A stretch of 64,000 bases of DNA, from NCBI GenBank assembly GCA_018992685.1, contig JACVGT010000008.1, positions 32,001 through 96,000 on the forward strand, read 5' to 3'. Every line of letters starts with the position of its first letter. Position 1 is the stretch's first letter. A program made the position numbers and the translations under genes. Under the pieces are notes generated by a model. The model searched no databases and was not told the origin of the DNA. It saw nothing but the letters and a program-made list of their open reading frames with translations. This document shows positions 20,989 to 30,510 of the stretch, one piece after another. The DNA comes from Theionarchaea archaeon. Lineage in GTDB: Archaea > Methanobacteriota_B > Thermococci > Methanofastidiosales > SZ-28-30.

Positions 20989-21862
20989 GGGGTGGTACAC
21001 TAAACTTGAGGGCCTTTTCATACATGTGAAAGGTTGCGGGTGTGTCTCCAATGTATTCCCCTTCCACGTGAATCGAAAGAGGCTGATGGGAGTGCAGTTC
21101 CACATGACGCCCCCTGAAAGCTCCCACTTTTGGATTGTTCAGATGCGTTCCGCGGTATAATGTAGGTAATTTCACCAGTGATTCAAGTCTGCTGAGATCT
21201 CCAATGACAATGATGTCGAATAACCCGTCATCTACTTCCGCATGTGGTGCGATATTCATGCCTGCTCCCACATATTTTCCGTTAGCTACATCCACAAACA
21301 TGACCTTCTGATCAATGTGCACATCATCAACAGTCAGAGAAACGTCGATGCTCCGGTAATCTGCCAGATGCTTCAGAATTCCCATGACGTACGGGACAGT
21401 TCCCATTTTAGGTTTTGTGACCTGGCTAGTAGTCTTGGAAACCAACCCGTCGAATCCCATGCCCGCCACGCCAATGAAATACCTCTTTCCACCACTGAAC
21501 GTCACGCATCCTGCATCCACGCTGCGAACCACATCCTGGGAGATGGAACGGGATGCAGCAATGCAATCAGACACCAGTCCTGCAGACTTCACAAAGTCGT
21601 TTCCTGTTCCTGTTGGAATGACTGAGAGTACAATATCCCTCCCCATGATACCATTGATAATCTCGTTTAGAGTGCCGTCTCCCCCCACTGAAGCAATAAC
21701 ATCAAAGCCATTGTTCTCTGCAGCAATAGCAGTAGCGTGACCCCTCTCTTCCGTGTGCTGCACTTCAAAATCGTACTCCATGTCACGAAATACGCTCTTT
21801 ATGGCAGGCCAGTACTTACAGGTCCTTCCTGCCACCGGATTCACTATAGCGAGAATTCGCAC
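20981..21862 (-). CDS. Diacylglycerol kinase family lipid kinase (YegS/DgkB-like)
   Basis: IVNPVAG, GGDGTLNE, PTGTGNDF, GMGFDG, NGKYVGAG. Confidence 0.92.
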   Translation of the reverse strand: MRILAIVNPVAGRTCKYWPAIKSVFRDMEYDFEVQHTEERGHATAIAAENNGFDVIASVGGDGTLNEIINGIMGRDIVLSVIPTGTGNDFVKSAGLVSDCIAASRSISQDVVRSVDAGCVTFSGGKRYFIGVAGMGFDGLVSKTTSQVTKPKMGTVPYVMGILKHLADYRSIDVSLTVDDVHIDQKVMFVDVANGKYVGAGMNIAPHAEVDDGLFDIIVIGDLSRLESLVKLPTLYRGTHLNNPKVGAFRGRHVELHSHQPLSIHVEGEYIGDTPATFHMYEKALKFSVPPLK

Positions 21863-22273
21863 TGTCCTCCCTCAGGTTACAGTTTTCTGATGAGAGGGTA
21901 GAACTTGATGTTTTTAAGACTTTCGGTAGTTGCTGATGAGATTGTATGAAAGGCAGAAGAAAAGCTGAAGTGAGAGTATCTATTGGTGAAAATATTGTGC
22001 AAGAACAGTACACCGCTCCTCAGGAGTATCGACTCAGCATTTCCTGACTCTTTCATCCCGATACGGAGGTTAAGGAAGATTGTCTGATTTTTTTGGACTC
22101 TCGCTTCGAGGAAATTGAGGAAAGTGGCAAATGAGTGCACTGTAGAGTATAGACGACTCCGCCATGCTGAATCTGCTTTCCCACCATAAGACTTATATAC
22201 ATCTTTCTAGAAATGTCTCATTACTATAGTGTCCGGCAACTCTTACAGCACCTGAATACATTAGTGGTGAGAA

Positions 22274-22879
22274 GTGTCCAGAACGTTGTGCAGGCAGGAT
22301 GATGGAATGCAGCTCCCCAAACAAAAAAAACTCTACAGCGATCTTGAAACGAGATTCACAGATTTGGAATCTCTCATCAGAGAGCTGAAAAAAAGGAAGC
22401 TTACAGGAGTGCTAAAACTGACGTTCGATGCGTGTGAGGGAGTGAGCATCTTTGATGAAGGAAGAATTATTGACGGATACGAGATATATGGGGAAGAAAT
22501 GCCTGTCAAGGATCGGAAAGGACATAATATTATGGAACGTTCCCAGATCGAACCAGGAAAGATCGACGTATATGAACTGCCACGGGAGATTCTTCAGATA
22601 TTCATCATGACACTCAGAGAGCGGCCCACTCAGACTCTCCACACCATGTATGCAGATTTCAAGAAGCTGCTCAACTTCTATGTTCAGAGGAAACTCTATG
22701 GCACACTGGAAGTGAAAACATCTCAGGGGAAGGGATATGTCTTGCTGGACGCTGGAAAGCCTATTGATGTTTTTTTTGGCGATAGATGTGGCAGCGAAGC
22801 TCTGGATCAGCTGCTAGAATGTGTTGATAGGGAAGATGTAGAGATCAGCATCTACTCACGAGAGGGAGGTGTTCGATGA
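22274..22879 (+). CDS. DUF2226-like protein with two internal repeats
   Basis: MQLP.....Y..L.T.F.D...L...L....LTG.L pattern occurs twice; start may be ATG 22307. Confidence 0.6.
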   Translation: MSRTLCRQDDGMQLPKQKKLYSDLETRFTDLESLIRELKKRKLTGVLKLTFDACEGVSIFDEGRIIDGYEIYGEEMPVKDRKGHNIMERSQIEPGKIDVYELPREILQIFIMTLRERPTQTLHTMYADFKKLLNFYVQRKLYGTLEVKTSQGKGYVLLDAGKPIDVFFGDRCGSEALDQLLECVDREDVEISIYSREGGVR

Positions 22880-23751
22880 AGCATGAAGGATACCATGACA
22901 TAGGCAGTCGGATGAAGTACAAAGAGTGGTGGGATTTCTATTTCTTTTCCCGGAGAGAGAACCTTGTCTTTTCCTTTATCATGCTGAAGTCCAAGATCAG
23001 GGACCATCTCAGCAGCTGCATATGGAATTTCAAGAAGGACGAGAGGATCGAACTGAGCTTTGATTCAGGAATAGAAGCTTCACAGGAAGACTACACAGAT
23101 TTACACGCTGAAGGAAAATGGGGAACTGCATCAGTGAAGGGGAAATACGAAGAAGGAGGATGGGAACTCAGAATCAAGAATCCAGAATTCTCTGCGGATC
23201 TCTTCTACTCTCCAGATTGTCCTCAGAAGATCATTGAGCGGTTCTGGGATGATCAGTTCAAGTGTGAGTTGTTCCCCAAGGTTACGGTTACCGGGACGCT
23301 TGACGCCTTCGGGAGAACATATGAGATCAACACGTACGGGTGCAGGGAGCATACGTTCTGCGACTTTCCCCGCAATGTTGCATGGAACTGGGTGATTGTA
23401 CTCCACGATGATTATTCCGTTGTGGTTTCCCAGGGAGACTATTCAGGATTTGATTACAAGTATGCCGTCATGTTCTGTGAGGGAAAGTGGGTTGATCTGG
23501 ACGCAGACGTTGATTTTGTGGTGGATGAAGATCACCTTCTGAAAACCTGCAAGGTGACCTCTGCTGACATGAACCTGGATATTTACCCTATCAGGCACCG
23601 GTACGAACATAAAAAGATACTGCTTGGTCTTCTTGTGGACTCTCACTACTGGGAACTCCCCACACGAATTGCGGGAACTGTCACCTTCAAGGATAGGAAG
23701 GTGCCAGTAGAAACCTATGGAATCATGACTCGGTCTAGAATGAAGTGGTAG
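22876..23751 (+). CDS. Lipocalin-like double beta-barrel protein (AttH/CrtC/DUF2804-like)
   Basis: YKEWWDFYF, G.REH, WNW motifs; beta-rich; GGAGG SD and ATGA coupling. Confidence 0.55.
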   Translation: MKHEGYHDIGSRMKYKEWWDFYFFSRRENLVFSFIMLKSKIRDHLSSCIWNFKKDERIELSFDSGIEASQEDYTDLHAEGKWGTASVKGKYEEGGWELRIKNPEFSADLFYSPDCPQKIIERFWDDQFKCELFPKVTVTGTLDAFGRTYEINTYGCREHTFCDFPRNVAWNWVIVLHDDYSVVVSQGDYSGFDYKYAVMFCEGKWVDLDADVDFVVDEDHLLKTCKVTSADMNLDIYPIRHRYEHKKILLGLLVDSHYWELPTRIAGTVTFKDRKVPVETYGIMTRSRMKW

Positions 23752-23822
23752 CTTCCACCCTGTGCTCGAGGTGTACCACATCACATTGACAATAGTTATA
23801 AACTCATTCTCCTATAGCAATT

Positions 23823-24866
23823 ATGGAAGTAAAGGACGAGGACAAGAAACTCCATGATGACGGCATCTTAGACAGTCTCATGGGCTACAAGGAATGGTTC
23901 CACTTTCTGGGCACCTTTTTTGTTGATGAAACTCCGTTGTCATTTATGCTGGGCTTTCCCAGGAGTTTTACTGGGATGGGTGCTTTTGGATGGATTGCTT
24001 TTCAGAAGAACCAATACTCCCTGGTAGGAAACCCGGATCAAGACAAAGATGGATTCTTCGATCTTCAGAGAATCCCTGTTAAGTTCCAGACTACAACGTC
24101 CGGATACGAGCTCTGGTACGTGGCAGAACCACAACCGCGCAACATATACCATGGTATCATTGAGGGGAACTATCCTCACTATGCCCTGGAGATTGAAACA
24201 CCTCAGGTAGACATCAAAATGACCATGGACATCGAGCTTGACCCGTGTTCAGTTACCACCAAAGAGGTTTTCAGCTGGATGCCTTTTGAAAAAAGAATCG
24301 CCAGCTGGTTTCATTCAGGGGATATCACAATGTCGTTGAAGGGCACCGTAAGGGGCGAAGATGTGACAACAAGCAGCAGAAAAAATCGAGGATGGTATGA
24401 ACGCATGTGGTCCAAGATCCCTGTGTGCTGGCCTTCTGAATGGTTGTGGATCATGTCACACCCGGAGACGGGAGCAGTCCTTGACCTGTATATTGCCACA
24501 TCTCTGGGAATTAGAGTGCGGCCCCTGGATGAGTGCTGGCTGTACATCAATGGAAAATTTCATCCTTTTCGTGAGTATACTGCCGAATTTCCCCGCACCC
24601 TGGAGACAGCTATCAGAGAAAAGAAGTATCCTGACATCATTGGGAAAGAAATCCACTGTGAGGGACGTGATGGAGACAATTCTTTTGACCTTACCGCCGA
24701 GATTACCGATTTCCGGCAATATGAATACAAAGATTACAGTGCACGGGTTAAATACGTCAATTTCTTCTTTGATACCACAGGTGAAGCAGTCATCGACGGA
24801 ACTGCCACAACCCTGAACGGGAAAGGAGCTGCAGAGCGCGCTCCTATGCTGTACTGGTGGATTTAG
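23823..24866 (+). CDS. Lipocalin-like double beta-barrel protein (AttH/CrtC-like)
   Basis: LHDD...YKEWFHF, GWYERMW, WLW motifs. Confidence 0.55.
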   Translation: MEVKDEDKKLHDDGILDSLMGYKEWFHFLGTFFVDETPLSFMLGFPRSFTGMGAFGWIAFQKNQYSLVGNPDQDKDGFFDLQRIPVKFQTTTSGYELWYVAEPQPRNIYHGIIEGNYPHYALEIETPQVDIKMTMDIELDPCSVTTKEVFSWMPFEKRIASWFHSGDITMSLKGTVRGEDVTTSSRKNRGWYERMWSKIPVCWPSEWLWIMSHPETGAVLDLYIATSLGIRVRPLDECWLYINGKFHPFREYTAEFPRTLETAIREKKYPDIIGKEIHCEGRDGDNSFDLTAEITDFRQYEYKDYSARVKYVNFFFDTTGEAVIDGTATTLNGKGAAERAPMLYWWI

Positions 24867-24875
24867 AGAGGGGCA

Positions 24876-26939
24876 TCAGTCTGCAGGGACCCTTACACAC
24901 ATGGGACGAGAAAGTGTGTCGTTCATGTCCCAGGCGACCTGCAGTATGCCCATTCGTTCTACGCCACGGGGCCCATCTAGATGAATTTCACCTGCTTCTC
25001 CGCAGTAGATACCCTGTCCCCTGTCATGGGCTTCACAGACGAGAATGGTGTGACCATCAGTGCTGGCCAGAGAATGCTTCCAGCCCAGGGGAGTCTCAGT
25101 AACCTCCACCGGCGAGGTGCACCTCATCGTAATGACAATCCGGGTGAGTGTGCTTCCCTCCTTCAGATTTGTCACCCGCCACCTGTATGTCGTATGCAGC
25201 CCAAAGAAGTCGGCCACGCGATCTGATACTTCAAAGGTCTCTCTCAGCCCAATTTCCCCAAAAGAGCGCCTGGCAGATTCTCGCAGAGATACCAGCTCAG
25301 ACTGATGGACCACAATTCTGATCCTGTCCCTGGTGTACACCCCATGGTACCCTGGAGGACTCAACTTGACAGCCTCTGCGCCCCCTTCCTCATTCTGTAT
25401 TCCAATGGGACCAGACGATATGGCATTGCAGAAAACGGGCCCTCTCTTGAGGGCATTCCCATCTCTCAGAATGACGTGAGGGCCTTCCACCTGGAATATG
25501 CCTGTCCTGTGAGCATGGCCCGTGAGTACGATGTCCACTCCCTTTTCAGGAATGGCTGTGTAGCCCATCCTCCCATAGAGGCTGCTTCCAAGGCACACCC
25601 TGATAAACTCATTCCGTTTCAACCGGAAGGTTCCATCCACCAGATCCTTCTGTGGCTCATAGTGATCTGTCAGCCCGCTGGTGTAGAAGATGTTGGTCTC
25701 AGGATTGGCAGCAACCTCCCGATCCCCTATCTCGGGGAAGGGGTTAAAGACTGAACAGTGCATTGCCACCACCGAGACTACCGGGTTCCTCTTCCTGTGA
25801 TTGATAACTTTCTTCCGCCACAGGGTCAGAGTCTTCCATTGTCTTGGAGAGAGGGCCTTCTCTGCCCAGGGGTTGCCCTCCTCATGATCTTCTCCCAGGT
25901 TCCAATCAAGCATCAGAAAGGCCATGTTCCCGTAAAAGAACTGATAGTCAAGAAGAGGGTTGAGAACAAGAGCATACCATCGCACAGCGTAGGGAGCTTT
26001 TAAAATGTGATTCTTGGTGATGTTGAGTGCGTGAGGGTCTTCATGGAGACCATTCATCTCGGTGCGAGTCAGGTTGACGGTCGGCGCCATGTTGAAGAAC
26101 TCGCGGATCCTCCTGGACAGGATCAAAGGATTGGGGGGATATGGATTAAGCCGGTAATCATGGTTACCCAGCACAGAAAAGAAGGGTTTCTCATAGGTCC
26201 TGTACAGTATCTGGTAAAAGAGAGCCCAGTTTCTGTCCAGGTGATAATCTCTTGACAGGTCGTTTTCCCCATCCGGGTTGTGATATCCTCTGTTGTAGTC
26301 GGTGATGTCTCCTGTGTGAATGATGATGTCCACATCCTTGTTCTGGGCTATCATGGTCAAAAGATGCTCAACCTGAGCATTGTAGTTTGAGAAATCACCT
26401 GGTTTTCCTTCCTCCAGACAGGATTGAGACCGCACATCATGGTAATTGGAATTCCACCTGTCTTCCAGCAGGTAGAGCCTGTTTGCCATGTGACTGTCTG
26501 ACATGTGGGCAATGTTCAGGTAGTCAGACTTCCCGATGTAGAAGGGGTGGTACAGCTTCACAGAGTCATCCAGGAAGGAGTCGGGAGACTCCCGCCTGAG
26601 AATGTGGGCAACCTGTTCATCCGAGGAATGGGCCAACTGGTACAACCCCTTTGACACAGACAGCCTGATCCGTGCCCTCACCAGCCGGGTGAGCCCTTCT
26701 TTCTTGTATGCTGAGAGCACAAACTCTGATATGTGGCAATCTGATGGGACAAAATTTACCATTTCAATATCCTTTCTGTCAAGTGACTTTGATTTTCCTT
26801 TCTTCCATGGTGAATAGGACAGTTCACAGAGTTCGTCCTGATGAAATGATTTGGTCGTCAGAAGAAGAACATCCACTTCATCTCCCTTCTTGAAGAGACC
26901 GGGGCATGCGAGAGCCGGAGTAAGGACAACAAAGCTCAT
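24876..26939 (-). CDS. Large calcineurin-like metallophosphoesterase
   Basis: HMSDSH, HTGDITD, LGNHD, H, TGHAH metal motifs. Confidence 0.85.
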   Translation of the reverse strand: MSFVVLTPALACPGLFKKGDEVDVLLLTTKSFHQDELCELSYSPWKKGKSKSLDRKDIEMVNFVPSDCHISEFVLSAYKKEGLTRLVRARIRLSVSKGLYQLAHSSDEQVAHILRRESPDSFLDDSVKLYHPFYIGKSDYLNIAHMSDSHMANRLYLLEDRWNSNYHDVRSQSCLEEGKPGDFSNYNAQVEHLLTMIAQNKDVDIIIHTGDITDYNRGYHNPDGENDLSRDYHLDRNWALFYQILYRTYEKPFFSVLGNHDYRLNPYPPNPLILSRRIREFFNMAPTVNLTRTEMNGLHEDPHALNITKNHILKAPYAVRWYALVLNPLLDYQFFYGNMAFLMLDWNLGEDHEEGNPWAEKALSPRQWKTLTLWRKKVINHRKRNPVVSVVAMHCSVFNPFPEIGDREVAANPETNIFYTSGLTDHYEPQKDLVDGTFRLKRNEFIRVCLGSSLYGRMGYTAIPEKGVDIVLTGHAHRTGIFQVEGPHVILRDGNALKRGPVFCNAISSGPIGIQNEEGGAEAVKLSPPGYHGVYTRDRIRIVVHQSELVSLRESARRSFGEIGLRETFEVSDRVADFFGLHTTYRWRVTNLKEGSTLTRIVITMRCTSPVEVTETPLGWKHSLASTDGHTILVCEAHDRGQGIYCGEAGEIHLDGPRGVERMGILQVAWDMNDTLSRPMCVRVPAD

Positions 26940-28201
26940 AATAAGGATTCACCTCTCAGAACGTTCAGGAGATCCACAACAGAATAAGAAGCACGGGTGA
27001 TGCCCATGCTCTTCTTGACTGTATCAGTTCCCACAACATAGAGATCAGGGATAGGAGTTGTAATAGGGGGAAAGGGAACAGTGGTCCAGGCAGCCTTGTC
27101 TGGCTGCAGCACCTGGGTATGGATCATGTCGATAGAGATATCAGGAATCATCTCCTCAACGGCTTGTAAGGCCTTCTTTTCGATATTGTCCTCATAGGGG
27201 AAGGCAAATCCAAGAAGCTGATGTCCCTCAGGGGACAGACCCGGGTCATAGAGAGATGTTGGGACCACCCAGCAGGGAGGGTCTGTATCTACCCAGATCT
27301 CAGACCCTGCTCTTTCAATAACGGTGTCAGGTGTTCCCACCCACACAGCGAATGCTGTGGTTGTCTCCAGCTGCGACACTGTGGCCCTGTATTCAGGGGG
27401 CACGTCTGTGATCCTGGGGAGGTCCTTCACCATACCGGAATACACTACAAGATCATAAGGATATTCGTGTTCTTCAGTGGATACCACATGCTGGCCTACA
27501 TCAATGTGGGTTGACTCCTCTCTGATAACTGTTCCCGTGAAGCTTTTCAGTACACAGTCGGTGAGAGATTGGATTCCCCCCACAGGATAGAACTGATCCT
27601 GCCTGGTGTTCTGTCCCAGCAGGCTCAGCGCTTTCTTCACCATGTTACCGTCACCATCTTTGTACTTCTGGGAATCCCAGAACCGTGAAATTGGGACCTC
27701 CTGGGGAGATACACCAGCCAGAAAGTGACACAGTGCAGCCACCAACCTTCCAGTACTGGGAGACAGATCATATCGATTGGTGAATTGTTCCACAGAGAGA
27801 GACTTGTCGGGGAGCAGAATGCCATCCACGATACATCGAATCAGAGTGATGCGCTCTCGTGGTGGGACGGTATCAAAAGTGAGGAAATCCTTGAGGGCCC
27901 ATGGGAACCTGCCACGTGCTCCATTCATTCGCAGGGAATAGTCACCATGGGGGACAAATGTGGGTTCACAGGTGAAATATCTGTCCATCAAGGAGCGAAG
28001 AGGACCTGAGATGAGGCGAGTCAGAATATGGGGTCCTGTATCCACAATATACGTTCCTGAATCACCTTCCACGGGGTACGATCTCACCACATTACCTATT
28101 TCTCCTCTTTCCAGCACTGTAACCTTCTTTCCTTCTCTTTGAAGGGCAAGTCCCGTTAGAAGGCCGCTTATTCCTCCTCCAATGACAGTGACCCGGTTCA
28201 C
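26936..28201 (-). CDS. Phytoene desaturase-like FAD oxidoreductase (COG1233)
   Basis: VIGGGISGL, VDTGPH, YPVGG, LYVVGTD; TATA at 28224-28232 favours a leaderless GTG at 28201; ATGA coupling to the phosphoesterase. Confidence 0.85.
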   Translation of the reverse strand: MNRVTVIGGGISGLLTGLALQREGKKVTVLERGEIGNVVRSYPVEGDSGTYIVDTGPHILTRLISGPLRSLMDRYFTCEPTFVPHGDYSLRMNGARGRFPWALKDFLTFDTVPPRERITLIRCIVDGILLPDKSLSVEQFTNRYDLSPSTGRLVAALCHFLAGVSPQEVPISRFWDSQKYKDGDGNMVKKALSLLGQNTRQDQFYPVGGIQSLTDCVLKSFTGTVIREESTHIDVGQHVVSTEEHEYPYDLVVYSGMVKDLPRITDVPPEYRATVSQLETTTAFAVWVGTPDTVIERAGSEIWVDTDPPCWVVPTSLYDPGLSPEGHQLLGFAFPYEDNIEKKALQAVEEMIPDISIDMIHTQVLQPDKAAWTTVPFPPITTPIPDLYVVGTDTVKKSMGITRASYSVVDLLNVLRGESLL

Positions 28202-28312
28202 GTGAGTCTTGCTATCAAAAGACATATAAAAGGTTTGTGTGTTCACTGATACCCAGCCAGAGGAGAGAGTAATGTATTTAAATGACGGAAATGTAGAGGA
28301 TCGGTGATAAGA

Positions 28313-28486
28313 ATGGAACCTATTGTAACGCTCGTCGGGATCTTCGTGATCATTCTAGGCATAGCTGCTCTTTTTCTTCCAGCAATTGCCAGATTCATTA
28401 ACTTTCCTGGAAATGAGAAGGTCAAATCTATTGGAGTGATTGTCGTAGGAGTTATCATGGTGCTCCTGGGATATTTCTATCTTTGA
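28313..28486 (+). CDS. Small two-TM membrane protein
   Basis: GGTGA SD and upstream TTTAAAT; two hydrophobic helices. Confidence 0.65.
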   Translation: MEPIVTLVGIFVIILGIAALFLPAIARFINFPGNEKVKSIGVIVVGVIMVLLGYFYL

Positions 28487-28491
28487 TTCTT

Positions 28492-29136
28492 TCAGTTTCT
28501 TTTTTCAATATTGAGAGCCTTTCGAACCGCTTCTGCATGTATTTTTCCTGCTTCGTGAATGGAGCCCCTGGGACCTGACGATGATTGACAGTAGTACTGA
28601 GAGAGAAGTCCTGCTTTTTGGCACGCTTCTTCTGCAGGCACTCCCACCAGGTTCTTAGCAACAAAATCTGCATCCCCACATCGAGTATGGCACACGACAG
28701 TAACCTGAGTTATGACATCATCGTGGACGGTAATGGAGAAGGAAGGTGCTCCAAACTCCTGCCGGAACTCCTGGATGACTGAATTCTTTGAAGGGGGGAT
28801 CACACAGCAGGGCTTCAGAACCCCCACCAGGAGAGAGTTAATCTCATGGTAGCCCGGAGGCAGGGGTGCTTTGCTGTACGGCATCAGCAGGACGCTCCTT
28901 TTTGACTTCAGAAGATCAATGACAGCCAGGTTGATATCAGGGTGAAGGGCATACGAGAGGACGAGATCACAGTCACAGAACACTGGTAGCTCTACAGCAT
29001 CGTTCTCCATCAAAGGAGGAAGGTTCTCACTGATATCCCAGGTTTGGGCGAGTAGGTTCTTCTTCCCATGCGTCACGAGCGTCTCCTTCACCACTTTACC
29101 AAGGTTCCCCCTGGTAATCAGGCATACCCTGTTCAT
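28492..29136 (-). CDS. DUF166 family protein
   Basis: DLVLSYALHPD, KPCC, EFG.P, V.V...T.CG...FVA, IH.AG.IH. Confidence 0.8.
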   Translation of the reverse strand: MNRVCLITRGNLGKVVKETLVTHGKKNLLAQTWDISENLPPLMENDAVELPVFCDCDLVLSYALHPDINLAVIDLLKSKRSVLLMPYSKAPLPPGYHEINSLLVGVLKPCCVIPPSKNSVIQEFRQEFGAPSFSITVHDDVITQVTVVCHTRCGDADFVAKNLVGVPAEEACQKAGLLSQYYCQSSSGPRGSIHEAGKIHAEAVRKALNIEKRN

Positions 29137-29255
29137 TACCGATATATTCAGCCATCACCTTAAATGACTTTCTGAAAAAATGGAAGAAAGCCGCATTGAA
29201 AATTCCGCCAACGATGCATTGCAAGTAAAATGTGTAAATCCTTAACAAACTCAAG

Positions 29256-29380
29256 CGAAAACTATATAAGGGGAAACATTTATGTAAGTCTGCCCAAGAC
29301 AGTACCTCAGTCTCTCATCCGTATCGGGGTCGTGCCGGAAGGTGGAGGAAAGCCTTTATTACGACCCCCATTTCTTTTTT
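29256..29380 (+). ncRNA. Candidate small RNA transcription unit (promoter, hairpin, oligo-T)
   Basis: CGAAAA-CTATATAAG promoter; stem GGGGTCGT/ACGACCCC (29326-29368); TTTCTTTTTT tail; no credible ORF. Confidence 0.5.
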
Positions 29381-29452
29381 GTGATTGGTTTATAAGCGTG
29401 TGATCATGATGGTCAGCTACCTACAAGGGGACGTTCTTGTATGCCTCTGCAG

Positions 29453-30325
29453 TTATTCTTGTAAACTTCTTCTGTTGAATATCCAGAATAGAATCACTGC
29501 TCCTGCCAGCAAGACCAGCACCACAATGAGGGGGGACATGGGGTACGTATTTTGTTTTTCTTCAGTAGGTGTTCCTTGATTTTCTGCTGCTTCTTCTGCT
29601 TTCCCTTCTACCGGTTCTCGGCCCCCTTCAACTTCTCCTTCCTGAGCAAATCCAGTCAAAGGGACGAAGCGCACATCGCTGATGTGACTGGTAAACATCT
29701 CACCATTTCGCTTTTCAACAAGGGTAAGAGCCTGGTAGTAGAGTGGGTTGCCCAGAGGGAGGATCAGCCTGCCCCCCTCCTTGAGCTGGCTCACCAGAGG
29801 AGGAGGAATGTGGTCCACAGCAGCCGTGATTATCACAGCATCATATGGGCCGTTTTCTTCCCATCCAAAGTATCCATCTGCATTCCTGACACTGACATTA
29901 CGATACCCCAGCTCACTCAGAACAGTTTCAGCTCTCTGGGCCAGCTCAGGGATGATTTCAATCGTGTACACGTGGTGGACGATTTCTGCAAGCACAGCGG
30001 CCTGGTACCCGGAACCCGTACCCACCTCCAGGACGGTCTCATCCCCTTTAAGCTGCAGAGAAGAGGTCATGAGAGCCACAATATAGGGCTGAGATATGGT
30101 CTGTCCATATCCGATAGGAAGTGGATAGTCGGCATACGCCTGACTTCGGAGATCTTCCGGCACAAACTGGTGACGGGGCACTGTTATCATGGCGCTGATC
30201 GTCCTGGAATCAGTGATTCCCCGAGAGAGGATCTGTCTCTCCACCATGTCATGTCTCTGCTCCGTATACCCATCTGCGGCCATCAATACTAAGAAAGTAA
30301 GTACGATCCCGAGAACGACTTTCAT
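29453..30325 (-). CDS. pcm: Protein-L-isoaspartate O-methyltransferase with N-terminal signal and C-terminal TM
   Basis: [48 protein letters not shown]. Confidence 0.93.
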   Translation of the reverse strand: MKVVLGIVLTFLVLMAADGYTEQRHDMVERQILSRGITDSRTISAMITVPRHQFVPEDLRSQAYADYPLPIGYGQTISQPYIVALMTSSLQLKGDETVLEVGTGSGYQAAVLAEIVHHVYTIEIIPELAQRAETVLSELGYRNVSVRNADGYFGWEENGPYDAVIITAAVDHIPPPLVSQLKEGGRLILPLGNPLYYQALTLVEKRNGEMFTSHISDVRFVPLTGFAQEGEVEGGREPVEGKAEEAAENQGTPTEEKQNTYPMSPLIVVLVLLAGAVILFWIFNRRSLQE

Positions 30326-30510
30326 GTATAGATATAGGAAGAGACGTCTAAAAAGGATTTGGATAGTTGCCGGTGTGAGACCCTCTCCAGAACATGGATG
30401 GTGAAGGACATCGTACCAGTCATATCTCAAGGAGTGGAGATGACCACCTGTGGATGAGAAGGTAAAGAGCTCATGAGGTGTTTTCTCCTTCTGTCATCAA
30501 CTGAGCCCTC

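Noticed and set aside
21880-21970. TGATGA and CTGA boxes suggesting a C/D sRNA
   Set aside because: Spacing does not fit a C-D'-C'-D layout, and the region overlaps the lipid-kinase promoter
29340-29360. GGAGGAAAG resembling the RNase P RNA P4 strand
   Set aside because: Followed by CCTTT rather than the TCC helix strand; the unit is too short and the 3' conserved region is absent
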